Assembly (NCBI GenBank): GCA_938030705.1
Contig: CALHIR010000002.1
Location: 2,515-66,514 of the forward strand
Direction: 5' to 3'
DNA: 64,000 nt
DNA from: Candidatus Poseidoniaceae archaeon
GTDB lineage: Archaea > Thermoplasmatota > Poseidoniia > Poseidoniales > Poseidoniaceae
Part shown: positions 51,001-60,058 of the stretch, piece by piece
How positions within the stretch are numbered: position 1 is the stretch's first letter
How the letters are laid out: every line of letters starts with the position of its first letter
Notes under the pieces: generated by a model
Told to the model about the DNA's origin: nothing
Database searches by the model: none
Seen by the model: only the letters and a program-made list of their open reading frames with translations
Position numbers and translations under genes: made by a program

Positions 51001-51743
51001 GGCGACTTGCTCGACTTTTAGAGGCTGACCTTTCCCTTAGACACGCTGCACCGGTGGCGGTGGAATGGTCGCCCACAACCGAAACGGAACGGTCGGTCTT
51101 GCTCGACCAAGACCCCGTTGACGCAACATCGGGTTTCCGTCTCTTCGGTTATGCAGACCGAGTTGATGTGTTGGTTTTGCCGAAGGCCATTCACGAGGCC
51201 TTGGTTGACGACGGTGTCCTTTCGGAAGCGGCTCATGAAACGCCGTTCCCCCTCCATTCCCAACCGCGTTCTGCTCAACGCTTGGTCGTCATCCGCGACC
51301 TCAAAACAGTCTCAGGCCCGAAGCCGGAAAACGTTGGAATGCGCCACACACGATGCTTGTTTGAAGACCTTCAACTTGCGTTGTATGCTCGGGCTTGGGA
51401 ATTGCTCCACCCCAACGACCGTGTCGTCGGTGTAGGTGCCAGCGAAGTGGGTGAATTTACCAAGCATCACGTGGAACTTGATGCCGACCTGCTCCCGTAC
51501 GCTGAGCATTTGGAACTTGGCGACATTACCGGGGTGTTCGCCAATCACTTCCCTCCCGAAACCCGCACCGGTGAACCAACCACGCCTTTCCGACGATGGC
51601 TGGCCGAGCGTTTGGCCGTTGCACAGCGTGCTGTTGACACCGCCGCACAAGGCCGAGTGAACCCGACACCGGGCGGTCACTGCCGGTACTGTTCCATCGC
51701 CCACTCCTGTGCGGTATCCGATTATTCAGGAGGTGATTTTTGA
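48006..51743 (+). CDS. AddB-like subunit: inactivated helicase-like N-region plus C-terminal RecB-family nuclease with AddB/Cas4-type Fe-S cluster Cys arrangement
   Basis: No Walker A. Nuclease motifs DRVDVLVL...VVIRDLKTVSG. One Cys upstream of the nuclease (GWLKCPRQAW) and three downstream (GGHCRYCSIAHSC), the AddB pattern. The track shows GTG 47976; ATG 48006 is preferred. Confidence 0.7.
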   Translation: MVSSIAITSEYVPAGEGLPPWLFQALCEPSHQAPMMVLHPTELHRQRTLERLHLQGVSVSPQYHLTLNSLIRLLHVDLRLPVLLDEEASTFMALHGKCVEAAEATALPFLYTPGVGAWTLNKTRRLQRLHGELMQLRHPFKWEGDPGAAVFHELCLEVEAAAGGTLPALIAVHVLEALNEASEPPFHLRDIAGMVVLDTAPDFTEVEQDLLLSIASFCPVHQLLNPGSFRLGFHGAYLVDEPPCTSETLPTWLPSHEPWAPDGEAWRTEVGLRNQTEITRLTLDERSQAMDAALALIQAYKAEHDGEVLVVDAAASDRALEWSAALSTIGLTWHSGSSAMNQQPLHHAVVRAASLAQGMSSWALASLRSVFFSATIPLLEDAFPHLNHPTEGTWRPRPDALVLEEIARNFHVLGGPGAIARWLGVLSSAAPSFAERKPEEKARALEETQWWLGCLLHTWAPLLSPEDRHLLKHAVVGCTSGVALPLPQSLSSGMGWLSWFVSVVDVHALANRRAPFDVGVGALQGLIEAMNGIKHQLQSMDLPFDDGGSVFVDLLEHVGATAKITHQSSRTNRLHVVSPEDALGCNADLILLVGMDVDAWSMKSPTVPWLDAPSRLELGLFQNDRSVRRGRHHLRHLLNAGRHLVVFDSSPEEGGGPSAPLAEWLNDQQRSKAWDAMRAPPSFLPPSMYEGDEGPRAFSWVPREEGHGSWLTPVVYASVQTEHGLHEVRQGFSGRNRRQQLGLDLQAGLQGLEQLNHPTAVLDAYEGAVQADRRRRQPLAKRIEPGETFAWERREDLLSVDAVTLRPTSASLKVESVAAGVFPHLGYRGEKSVSLSVDPRPLPVYSATNTGLDHRFGQLESAVEREVWSPSRLEGWLKCPRQAWLKQALGADDDEGGVAEDIDVRVRGQIVHETEAALLQGHGVPLGAEVSNEPVPLHAGPMGTGRAGWDTILAFLEEKVHWLGRQNAVSVHRTKDLIDATAEEWQAHKEGEFELPQEGRLARLLEADLSLRHAAPVAVEWSPTTETERSVLLDQDPVDATSGFRLFGYADRVDVLVLPKAIHEALVDDGVLSEAAHETPFPLHSQPRSAQRLVVIRDLKTVSGPKPENVGMRHTRCLFEDLQLALYARAWELLHPNDRVVGVGASEVGEFTKHHVELDADLLPYAEHLELGDITGVFANHFPPETRTGEPTTPFRRWLAERLAVAQRAVDTAAQGRVNPTPGGHCRYCSIAHSCAVSDYSGGDF

Positions 51744-54700
51744 TGATTGAATTCAACAACAGTCAACGATTGGGCTTGGACCTCGATCGTCACATTGCGT
51801 TGGATGCCGGAGCAGGTACGGGGAAAACCACGGTGATGGCGGAACGCTACGTTCAGCACCTCATCGCTTCCGAACAACGCGCCACCCACGTGACCCCTTG
51901 TGGCCCACGCACCCCGCTTACCGGCCACGGTTCACTTCGCGCACCAAAACGAGAGCGAACCTCGGTGGAGGCCTGGCCGGGGCTGCTTCCTTCAGAAACC
52001 GTCGCCATTACCTTCACGAGAAAATCGGCGGCTGAACTCAAAGCTCGCATTCGCCACCGCCTCGCCTTGACCCGGGCCCTTCCACCCGACGAAGACGATG
52101 TGGACGGGGTGTTCGACCCTCGGCTTCGAAACGAAGGCGATGTTGAGATGTTGCTATCGGGGCTTGACGAGGCGCCCATTTCCACCATCGACGCCTTTCT
52201 TAGTCAACTGGTTCAACCCTACATCGATCTCGTCGCACTCTACCCCTCCAATCAACAAGTTTCCGAAGAACGAAAGCCGCTGATGGTGCAGGATACACTG
52301 CACGCCGTTTGGCGGATTCGCTCGGTAGAAGACGCTCGAGAAGCTGGCGTCCTGAATCACCACCAAGCCTTCCTCGAGGCTCGAAATCGGCTGGTGGGCC
52401 GGCTGGGCGGACAAGACCAAGCCGAGGTCGTGTTGGGCGGTCTTCTTGACCGTTCGTTATTCGTGGAACAGTCGCATCGTTCCATGATTCAACGGGCGGA
52501 GGCCATGGGCTTGGGATGGAACGGCCGAGGCCCGGCACCGGTGGATGTGTTGCTCAACACCATCGCTGAACCGGTTGAGCCCGTGTTGGGCGACTTCCTC
52601 GTTGAGTTCCATCAACATCTGAACGCTTGGGTGCAACATTTCCTGATGTATCGGGCTCAATGTGTTGAGCCTGCGGAGGCGGATACACACCTCACTCGTT
52701 TCAACCACCTTACCCGTCTTGCCACCGGTGCACTCCCCACTCAACCGGGTGAACAACTGGCTTGGTTTTGGAAGGCCTTACTCGGCATCGCTACCGCCAA
52801 AAATTTGCTCAAACCGGGTTGCACGTTCTTTCCAAGAGATCTCCTTCCCAGCGGCGATGGCTGGCCCTCTGGCCTGCTTTCCAAATCAAAGGCCAAGGGC
52901 ATCGGTAAGGACGAGAAAGCCGCCCTTTACGACGGGGCCCTCGTCCACCTCTCCAACTTGAGGCGACAGTTGAATTCGGCCGACGGGACCTTGATTCGTT
53001 TATTGGCGCGTTCAGCCTTCTTGCTCAACCCCGGGGACGGCTTCGATGGGATGCCGCTGGAAAGTGCGCTCCGGTTGGATCCACTGGAAGACCCGTTGCC
53101 CGCGGAGCCGAGCGAACGAGGCATGTACGTCTCCGCCACGCTCCAAAGTCAGGTGTTGAGCGATCTGCTGGTGCTTCACACCGCTTGCAATCAAATCCTC
53201 GCCCGTCGGAAATCGCTTGACAACATGCATGACTTTGACGATATGCAACGCTTTGCAGCCGACCTTTTGCTGGCTCGCTGCCCGGATATCTGCCGTCATC
53301 GGTACCCCCCAGAGGTCATCGATGCACTGGATGGTTTGGGCCATGAGCCATGGAGTGATGCACACATTTCGCGAGCGTTGACCCTGCTGAACGACCGCCC
53401 AACCTTGCAAGAAGACCTCCACCGACGCTTTTCCATCCTGGGCGAACTTCGACGCCAGTATCGCGCCTTCATCATCGATGAGTATCAAGATACGAACCCT
53501 TCACATTATCGCCTTCTGGCTCGCCTTTGGGGGCGTCGCCGCCACCATCCCGATGACCCATCACGGCCCCTTGGTGCGTGGGACCCAACGGTATGCATTG
53601 TGGGCGACATGAAACAGAGCATCTACCGATTCCGTCAGGCGGAAGTCTCCGTCATGCGCCGGGCGGTTGAGGCCATCCGCCAATTCAACATCGATGAAGA
53701 CGCTGAACCCCGACTCCAACATCTTCGGGAGCATGGATGCGGACGCGACCCACGCCCGGTCGGCGGAGGTGGTGAAACGGGTTCGTTTTCCAACGAGCAC
53801 ACGGGCGAGGTTTCAGCGCCCCACACCTTTGTTCGTTTTGCAGATGAAGACCGAGACGGGCAGCCTGATATCACCGGCCAGCGTTTACTCCGGCGTAGCG
53901 AAGGGCACGTTGACCTGACCTCAAATCACCGAACTCGACACGATTTGATGGAGACCATGAACGATGTATTCGATGAGGTGTTTGACCCGAGGTACCACGA
54001 CCTGCCGGGCGACTGGCACGCTGAGGCTCAGCGTCTTCTCCCCGCAAGGAACACCAGCGCCAGCGGAGGGTTGGAGTGGTTGCTTCCTATTCCGGGGTCC
54101 ATCGGCGAGGTACCACGAGACCTCGACGTGGCGGTGAACACGTTTGAGGACCCGTCGGCTTCCGTTGTTCATTTGGAACACGAACTCCTCGCCGACCGCC
54201 TCCATGCCCTTTTGCATCAAACGCCAACGAGGGTGTGGAACAGCCAAACTTCCCAGTGGGTTGAGGTAGTGGAAGCCGAAGAACCCCCGGTCCGCCCTCA
54301 AGACATCATGATCCTCATCAACTCACGAAAGCACCTCCCCGACCTCGTTGAGCGTTTGCGTGCCCGAAACATTCCGGTCATGGCCGACCGCCAAGGGCTT
54401 CTCTTGATGCAGCCCGTTGTACAACCCCTCATGGCGGTCCTGGCGCTCATGGCGCAGCCTGCCTTGCGGAGGGCGGCTGTTGAACTTGCTCGCTCTCCCG
54501 TTGTCGGCATGTCGGAACAGCAGGTGCACGAGGTGCTGATGTCCTTGGAGGTGGGCGGCGATGTGTTGACGCATTTGGTTGAACACGCGCCCACCGAACG
54601 CGTCGGGGCCCTCTTGTTCCGCCTTCGCCAACTCATTCGGTGGGGGGCCGTGTACGATGCCTTCGATCTGATCCTCGACGAATCGGACCTTCTCGTCGCT

Positions 54701-56683
54701 TACCCCGACGATGCTCAACGGCAATTTGCTGAGGCATGGTTGACCATCGTGCACTCGATTGGGAAGGATTCCGGCCACGACGTAGCGGCCATGTACCGAC
54801 GCCTGATGGCGGTTCGGGATTTGGGGAGTCAAGGGCCACAGGCGATCACGCACCCAACCGCTTCCGCCGTGCAAATCATGACCATCCACGGATCAAAAGG
54901 TCTCCAAGCTCCGGTCGTCGTGGTCACGGGTTTATTCTCCGCTGGCAAAGCCGATGCGAGCATGTCTGTTCAAGACAATATTTTGGTCACTCCTCAAGTC
55001 CTTGCAGGACGGATTCAACCGTGGCGAGCAAAGGACCGGCCTCATGATGGATTGTGGGCCTTCACGGCCGAGATGAACAAGGCACAGGATAAAGCCGAAT
55101 TGCGAAGGAAATTTTACGTCGCGCTGACCCGGGTGAAGGACCGTCTCATCGTAACAGGTTCTCCGGGCAATGCATCGACGTTTGACGAAACTTCAGGTGA
55201 ACTCTCGGTCCGATTTTCTCCCGACCCTCGGACGATGGGACGCATGTTGGTGGAGGGACTTCGGCGGGCGACATGGCGAACGGAAACGGCAGCTCCGTGG
55301 CTTTCTCAAGACGAGGTTGACCAGGCGACATTGCCGCTTTTCACCCCCCTCAAGACCGAGACACCCCTCAACCCAGCCGAGTTGTTAGCGACCATGCCAC
55401 TGGGTGAAAACGGCCTTCAAGGCCTCCGTTTGTACCACCACCCCGATTGTTTTGTGACCACCACGACCCGCTCAGCCCAAACTCGAGCCAAGGACATGGC
55501 GCTCCATTTGGGGAACCTTACGCCACCGGCGACTTCACCCGCCTCTCCCCTGTTGCTTGAAGAGAACATCAAAGGGGCCGCTCACCACCTTGATGCGACC
55601 TTTTCCTGTGCGCGGAAGTACTGGCTTGAGCACGTTAAAGGATGGCCCACTGAACCCTTCCGATTGCCCAACACCGCTACTGAACCCTCCACGCCGAGTG
55701 CATGGCCGGAGCCCACCACCTTCGGTTTGATGATGCACCGCGTGCTCGAAATCGGACTGCGAAACCCCTGTCATTTTGGCGATGCAACCCCTGCGCTTGA
55801 TTCGTCCTGGCAACACAAGAGCGATGCCGACCTTGCTTCCATTGAGACCATCGGGCGCGTGATGAACGAGTTTGGTTTCGGCCTTGAACAAGAATCCGAC
55901 ACGCGAGAGGCTGCGTGGCGCGATCGTTTGCTCTTGTTGGGTTCACTGGTGGATCAGGGATTGCTCGGCCGTTGGGTCCAAGGGGAGGTCTTGAACGGTT
56001 GGAAGGTTGAAGCCGTCCGTACTGAACTGCCTTTTTATCACCGAGAGGTGCTGACCAAGGGCGAAGGTGGCGATGGCGTGGAAGGGCCATATGCACAGTA
56101 CAACGGTGCTTCGGTGCAAAAAGTGAACATGGATTTCAACGGCCGGGCCGACCTGGTTTTGGCGTTGATGGATGAGCAAGGGCAAGGGGCGCTTCAGGTG
56201 GTTGACCTGAAAACTCGGGGCTGTCTGGGCGCCTTCAATCCAGACGAACCGGCCAAAGGCCATCCGCTTCAGGCGGTGCCACCAAGCGAAATCGATCCAG
56301 TTCCTCAGAGCGATGAAGAGGCTCACATCCTTTACGAACATCGCTTGCAATTGGCCTTGTATTCGATGGCGCTTGAATCCATTGAAGCCAAGAAGCCGGC
56401 ATCTGAGCAGCGACGCATTCTGCCGCCAGCGCTTCTGCTTGGGGCAAACGGGCGCATGGTTGAATTGTCTCAAGGGGCGTTTGAGCAGGCGAAAAAAGAC
56501 CTCAGGGCGCACTTGAACTGGCGGGCTTCGGTTCACCTCGATCAAAACATGGAGGAACCGTCTCGCCTTCCAAGCGGTTCAGCGACGTGCCGTCAATGCC
56601 CGTTTTACCGTGGAGATCTGCGCCGTTGTGGCCCGGAGGGTGAACCGTTGGGCTTCATTCATCAGATGGACGTTGAGCCGTGA
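51743..56683 (+). CDS. AddA-like subunit: UvrD/PcrA-family SF1A helicase fused to C-terminal RecB-family PD-(D/E)xK nuclease, enlarged to 1647 aa
   Basis: Helicase motifs: I LDAGAGTGKTT; Ia VAITFTRKSAAEL; II FIIDEYQDTNPSHYRLL; III GDMKQSIYRFRQAEV; V/VI TIHGSKGLQAPVVVV and YVALTRVKDRLIV. Nuclease motifs ADLVLAL...LQVVDLKTRG plus QLALY. GGAGGTGA RBS, and ATG overlapping the addB-like stop (TGATG). Confidence 0.8.
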   Translation: MIEFNNSQRLGLDLDRHIALDAGAGTGKTTVMAERYVQHLIASEQRATHVTPCGPRTPLTGHGSLRAPKRERTSVEAWPGLLPSETVAITFTRKSAAELKARIRHRLALTRALPPDEDDVDGVFDPRLRNEGDVEMLLSGLDEAPISTIDAFLSQLVQPYIDLVALYPSNQQVSEERKPLMVQDTLHAVWRIRSVEDAREAGVLNHHQAFLEARNRLVGRLGGQDQAEVVLGGLLDRSLFVEQSHRSMIQRAEAMGLGWNGRGPAPVDVLLNTIAEPVEPVLGDFLVEFHQHLNAWVQHFLMYRAQCVEPAEADTHLTRFNHLTRLATGALPTQPGEQLAWFWKALLGIATAKNLLKPGCTFFPRDLLPSGDGWPSGLLSKSKAKGIGKDEKAALYDGALVHLSNLRRQLNSADGTLIRLLARSAFLLNPGDGFDGMPLESALRLDPLEDPLPAEPSERGMYVSATLQSQVLSDLLVLHTACNQILARRKSLDNMHDFDDMQRFAADLLLARCPDICRHRYPPEVIDALDGLGHEPWSDAHISRALTLLNDRPTLQEDLHRRFSILGELRRQYRAFIIDEYQDTNPSHYRLLARLWGRRRHHPDDPSRPLGAWDPTVCIVGDMKQSIYRFRQAEVSVMRRAVEAIRQFNIDEDAEPRLQHLREHGCGRDPRPVGGGGETGSFSNEHTGEVSAPHTFVRFADEDRDGQPDITGQRLLRRSEGHVDLTSNHRTRHDLMETMNDVFDEVFDPRYHDLPGDWHAEAQRLLPARNTSASGGLEWLLPIPGSIGEVPRDLDVAVNTFEDPSASVVHLEHELLADRLHALLHQTPTRVWNSQTSQWVEVVEAEEPPVRPQDIMILINSRKHLPDLVERLRARNIPVMADRQGLLLMQPVVQPLMAVLALMAQPALRRAAVELARSPVVGMSEQQVHEVLMSLEVGGDVLTHLVEHAPTERVGALLFRLRQLIRWGAVYDAFDLILDESDLLVAYPDDAQRQFAEAWLTIVHSIGKDSGHDVAAMYRRLMAVRDLGSQGPQAITHPTASAVQIMTIHGSKGLQAPVVVVTGLFSAGKADASMSVQDNILVTPQVLAGRIQPWRAKDRPHDGLWAFTAEMNKAQDKAELRRKFYVALTRVKDRLIVTGSPGNASTFDETSGELSVRFSPDPRTMGRMLVEGLRRATWRTETAAPWLSQDEVDQATLPLFTPLKTETPLNPAELLATMPLGENGLQGLRLYHHPDCFVTTTTRSAQTRAKDMALHLGNLTPPATSPASPLLLEENIKGAAHHLDATFSCARKYWLEHVKGWPTEPFRLPNTATEPSTPSAWPEPTTFGLMMHRVLEIGLRNPCHFGDATPALDSSWQHKSDADLASIETIGRVMNEFGFGLEQESDTREAAWRDRLLLLGSLVDQGLLGRWVQGEVLNGWKVEAVRTELPFYHREVLTKGEGGDGVEGPYAQYNGASVQKVNMDFNGRADLVLALMDEQGQGALQVVDLKTRGCLGAFNPDEPAKGHPLQAVPPSEIDPVPQSDEEAHILYEHRLQLALYSMALESIEAKKPASEQRRILPPALLLGANGRMVELSQGAFEQAKKDLRAHLNWRASVHLDQNMEEPSRLPSGSATCRQCPFYRGDLRRCGPEGEPLGFIHQMDVEP

Positions 56684-57338
56684 GGATCAGCGTCCCACTC
56701 CAGCCCTCCTTGGCCCCAACTTGTATTGCTTCCACCTCGACGAACCCTGCCTGCTGCAACCCTTCCGTCCATTGTTCGATGGACAGCAGCGCCATGTGGA
56801 CGTTCAACGAAGGGCCCCAGTCGTGGCTTGCGGGGTTTTCCGCGTAGTGGTCAACGCCGATGACGATTTTTCCACCGGGTTTCATCCACGTGTCGTGCAA
56901 GGTTCTCAGGAACACCAGCGGCTCGGCGAGATAGTAGAGGCATTCCATGGTGTGAATCAGGTCCACCGGTTCAGCCGGCGACCAATCCGGGAGCATGGCT
57001 TCGACGTATTCGCCGTGGGGGTCAAGTTCCTTGGCCTTGGCGATCATCGATGGTGCACCGTCAACACCCGCTGCGTGGTCACACAGCGGATGGTCGTTCA
57101 ATCGACGGACAACCCATCCGTTTCCACAGCCGATATCGAGGGCCGTAAACGAAGTCTCTCGGTCTTCAAGAAGCCGATCGAGCATGATGTTCACGCTGGC
57201 AGTGTGGCCTTTTTCCATGCCCTCGTCGCGTCCATTGTCCGCCCATTCGCTGAACAGGTCGGTTGCTTTACGGAGTCCCATGGTCGCTGTGGCCTCACGG
57301 CGTTCAATGAAGATGTTCATGGCGAAAGGAACATGCAC
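56655..57338 (-). CDS. Class I SAM-dependent methyltransferase
   Basis: Motif I ALDIGCGNGW. Post-I acidic residue. GGKIVIGVDHY. Its 3' end overlaps the addA-like 3' end by 29 nt (convergent). Confidence 0.7.
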   Translation of the reverse strand: MHVPFAMNIFIERREATATMGLRKATDLFSEWADNGRDEGMEKGHTASVNIMLDRLLEDRETSFTALDIGCGNGWVVRRLNDHPLCDHAAGVDGAPSMIAKAKELDPHGEYVEAMLPDWSPAEPVDLIHTMECLYYLAEPLVFLRTLHDTWMKPGGKIVIGVDHYAENPASHDWGPSLNVHMALLSIEQWTEGLQQAGFVEVEAIQVGAKEGWSGTLILTAQRPSDE

Positions 57339-57358
57339 ACGCTCGCCTTGGAAAGTCC

Positions 57359-58321
57359 ATGCTCGACACCACCACCACCTTGGCCGATGTCCTCTATCCC
57401 CCCATTGAACCTCATGCAGAGGGCATGCTGGAGGTATCCTCCCTCCACACCATCGCTTGGGAACAAAGCGGGAACCCCGACGGCCTTCCCGTGGTGGTGA
57501 TTCACGGCGGACCGGGCGGCGGCGGCCAACCTTCCTATCGGCAATACTTCGACCCGACGGCCTTCAACATCGTGCAGTTTGACCAGCGTGGATGCGGGAA
57601 GTCAACCCCCTATGCGGAATTGGAAGACAACAACACGCACGCTTCGGTTGCGGACATCGAGGCCTTACGTGAGCATCTTGGTATCGAAACTTGGCATGTT
57701 TTTGGTGGTTCGTGGGGCTCAACCCTCGCCTTGATTTATGCTCAACATCACCCCGGGCGGGTGCGAAGTCTCGTGCTTCGCGGCATCTTCATGTGCCGTA
57801 AATCCGAACTTCACTGGTTCTATCAAGACGGCGCAAGTCACATCTTCCCCGACGCCTTTGCCCCCTACCGAGATCACATTCCCGAGGCGGAACGTTCGGA
57901 TTTGATCCGGGCTTACTACGCTCGTCTGACCAGTGAGGATGTCGAGGTTCGGCGGGCTGCTGCAAAAGAATGGACGCGATGGGAGATGGCGACCAGCCGT
58001 TTATTCCCCGACCCTGAATACTTGGACAAGGCCGAAGACCTTGATTTCGCTGTGGCCTTTGCTCGCATTGAATGCCATTACTTCATCAACGCCATCTTTG
58101 TTGAAGAGGCGTATATCCTGAAGCACATCGACCTCATTCAACACCTGCCGACCGTGATTGTTCAAGGCCGATACGACGTGGTGTGTCCCCCTCGCAGCGC
58201 CTGGGAATTGCATCAAGCCATGCCCAGCAGTCGCTTGGTCATGGTGGCCGATGCGGGCCATTCGATGGGCGAGGTCAGCATTGCCCGAGAATTGGTAGCC
58301 GCCACGGACGCGCTTCGCTGA
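57359..58321 (+). CDS. pip: Proline iminopeptidase (prolyl aminopeptidase, alpha/beta hydrolase)
   Basis: LYPPIEP...GNPDGLPVVVIHGGPGGG...QFDQRGCGKSTP...GGSWGSTLAL are canonical Pip signatures. Confidence 0.8.
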   Translation: MLDTTTTLADVLYPPIEPHAEGMLEVSSLHTIAWEQSGNPDGLPVVVIHGGPGGGGQPSYRQYFDPTAFNIVQFDQRGCGKSTPYAELEDNNTHASVADIEALREHLGIETWHVFGGSWGSTLALIYAQHHPGRVRSLVLRGIFMCRKSELHWFYQDGASHIFPDAFAPYRDHIPEAERSDLIRAYYARLTSEDVEVRRAAAKEWTRWEMATSRLFPDPEYLDKAEDLDFAVAFARIECHYFINAIFVEEAYILKHIDLIQHLPTVIVQGRYDVVCPPRSAWELHQAMPSSRLVMVADAGHSMGEVSIARELVAATDALR

Positions 58322-58427
58322 AGGCAAAACTCGGTCAAGCCAAGCCCTTTGGGTGCGCTTTCAAGCGTCGGCTTGATAGGGAGGAATGGACTCGCCACGA
58401 ATGGAGGCTTGACCTCCGGGTGAAGAC

Positions 58428-59189
58428 ATGACGGAAGGAACCATCACGCCTGAGGTCCAAATCAAAGAGCTCCAAGAGGCGCTCGCCACCGAAACAGACC
58501 GCCTGCAAAAGTTGTTTGCTGCGTACGAAACTCAAGAGAAGGAACTTGTTGACGCCAAGGCGGAAATTGAGGTCCTCGAGAAGGAGATCATCGACCGAGA
58601 AATCGAAAAAGAATCGTTGGAATCCATCATCGCCGAAAAAGATGTTCGGGTTCGTGAACTGGAGATGAAAGCCACGAAGAACTCCAAGCGTGTTGAACAC
58701 CTTGAACCCGAATTGGATAAGATGGAAGAGAAGTACTCCCGTGAAAAGGACCGCCTCGGCAAGGTCTTCGGCATCGCAGAAGAGTTGGACAACGATTTGC
58801 GCTTGGCCGTCACGGAAATGAAGGCACGAGACGACTGGTATGTCGCCCACATGCAAATCTTCGAAGACCTGAACAAGGCCATCAAGGAACGCTACGAGAT
58901 GATCGAGCGAGCCGTTGAATCCGAACGAAAATCGCAACACATGTCCCGTGCGTTCACCGATCGCGTGGAAGAAATGGTCCAGGCTCGAAGCGAAGAGATG
59001 GCTGAAGAAGAGGCTGAAAGCGCACAGGCAGAAGAAGCGACAGCGGCCGTTGAGGTGGTCGAAGAAGCCGTTGCCGAAGAAGCACCGGCTGAAGCCGAAG
59101 CCGAGCAAGAGGCACCTTCTGAAGAGGCTTCAGAGGCGAACCCTGCCGCTGAGTGGGGCGATGCACAAGACCCCTGGGCTGCGGAGTAA
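58428..59189 (+). CDS. Coiled-coil acidic protein
   Basis: 253 aa; heptad-rich with E/K/L bias; Ala/Glu-rich C-terminus; no catalytic motif. Confidence 0.5.
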   Translation: MTEGTITPEVQIKELQEALATETDRLQKLFAAYETQEKELVDAKAEIEVLEKEIIDREIEKESLESIIAEKDVRVRELEMKATKNSKRVEHLEPELDKMEEKYSREKDRLGKVFGIAEELDNDLRLAVTEMKARDDWYVAHMQIFEDLNKAIKERYEMIERAVESERKSQHMSRAFTDRVEEMVQARSEEMAEEEAESAQAEEATAAVEVVEEAVAEEAPAEAEAEQEAPSEEASEANPAAEWGDAQDPWAAE

Positions 59190-59197
59190 GTGGTTGA

Positions 59198-60058
59198 ATG
59201 GCCGGATTGGCCCCTGGCGGCCACGGGCCCGTCCTGACGATGACCATGATGGGCGTCAGCGCCCTCATCATCGGCTCACTTATCGATCCACTGGCTGGTC
59301 TTGTGCCTCTTTTTGGCATGGGTTGCCTGATGACGGCCGTGTTCTTTGGCTATTTTTGGCGAGACCCCGACCGCCCGATTCCCCGAACCGATGGCGTCTT
59401 GGTTTCACCTGCCGACGGCCACGCAATGTTTCTGCGAAGAGAGCGGGCCACGGGCCGTCGCCCTTCGAAAGCCGACCTCTCGGAAGGGCGCGTGGAAACC
59501 GACCCTTTGACCGGTGATTGGTTTCCCGAACCGCTTGACAAACCGTTGAGCTTCAAAACCGAGCAGCGCTACGAAGCCGTCAACCAAGGGGAAGAACAAC
59601 CAAGCGATGTTTGGCGCTTGGCCATTTTCATGTCACCTCTCGACGTCCATGTGAACCGAGCCCCTGCTGCAGCCACCGTGGAGCGGATTGAACACCGAAC
59701 GGGGAAAGGGCGACGCCGAGGGCCGTTTCTTCCGGCTTACAAGAAAGAGAGCGAACACAACGAGCGCGTCCGCTCTGTGCATCTTCTTGAAACCGGGCAC
59801 CGCATTGAAATCACCCAAATTTCAGGGGCACTGGCCCGAACGGTTGTGCCCTATGCCTTTGACGGTGATGACGTACGACGAGGTCAGCGTATCGGCATGA
59901 TACGTTTGGGTTCAAGAGTGGACCTTCGCGTTCCTGCTGAGGCATACATTTCATCAATTATCACGGCGGAGCACCAAGAGAAGGACCATCCGAAGGGGAT
60001 GCATTTGATGGCAGGAACCAGCGTGGTCTTTGAGCCAATTTTGGGGGATGAAGAGTGA
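59198..60058 (+). CDS. psd: Archaetidylserine/phosphatidylserine decarboxylase proenzyme (archaeal short type)
   Basis: N-terminal TM. IFMSPLDVHVNRAP (Psd FxSPxDYHRxHxP-like). Self-cleavage site RLGSRVDL (GS). Confidence 0.7.
   Translation: MAGLAPGGHGPVLTMTMMGVSALIIGSLIDPLAGLVPLFGMGCLMTAVFFGYFWRDPDRPIPRTDGVLVSPADGHAMFLRRERATGRRPSKADLSEGRVETDPLTGDWFPEPLDKPLSFKTEQRYEAVNQGEEQPSDVWRLAIFMSPLDVHVNRAPAAATVERIEHRTGKGRRRGPFLPAYKKESEHNERVRSVHLLETGHRIEITQISGALARTVVPYAFDGDDVRRGQRIGMIRLGSRVDLRVPAEAYISSIITAEHQEKDHPKGMHLMAGTSVVFEPILGDEE

Noticed and set aside
56610-57500. 296-aa plus-strand ORF overlapping the methyltransferase
   Set aside because: The minus strand has clear SAM-MTase motifs and the + frame has none.
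58335-59108. 257-aa minus-strand ORF across the coiled-coil gene
   Set aside because: It is the antisense frame of an E/K-rich coiled-coil and yields F/L/S-rich nonsense, so it is a shadow ORF.
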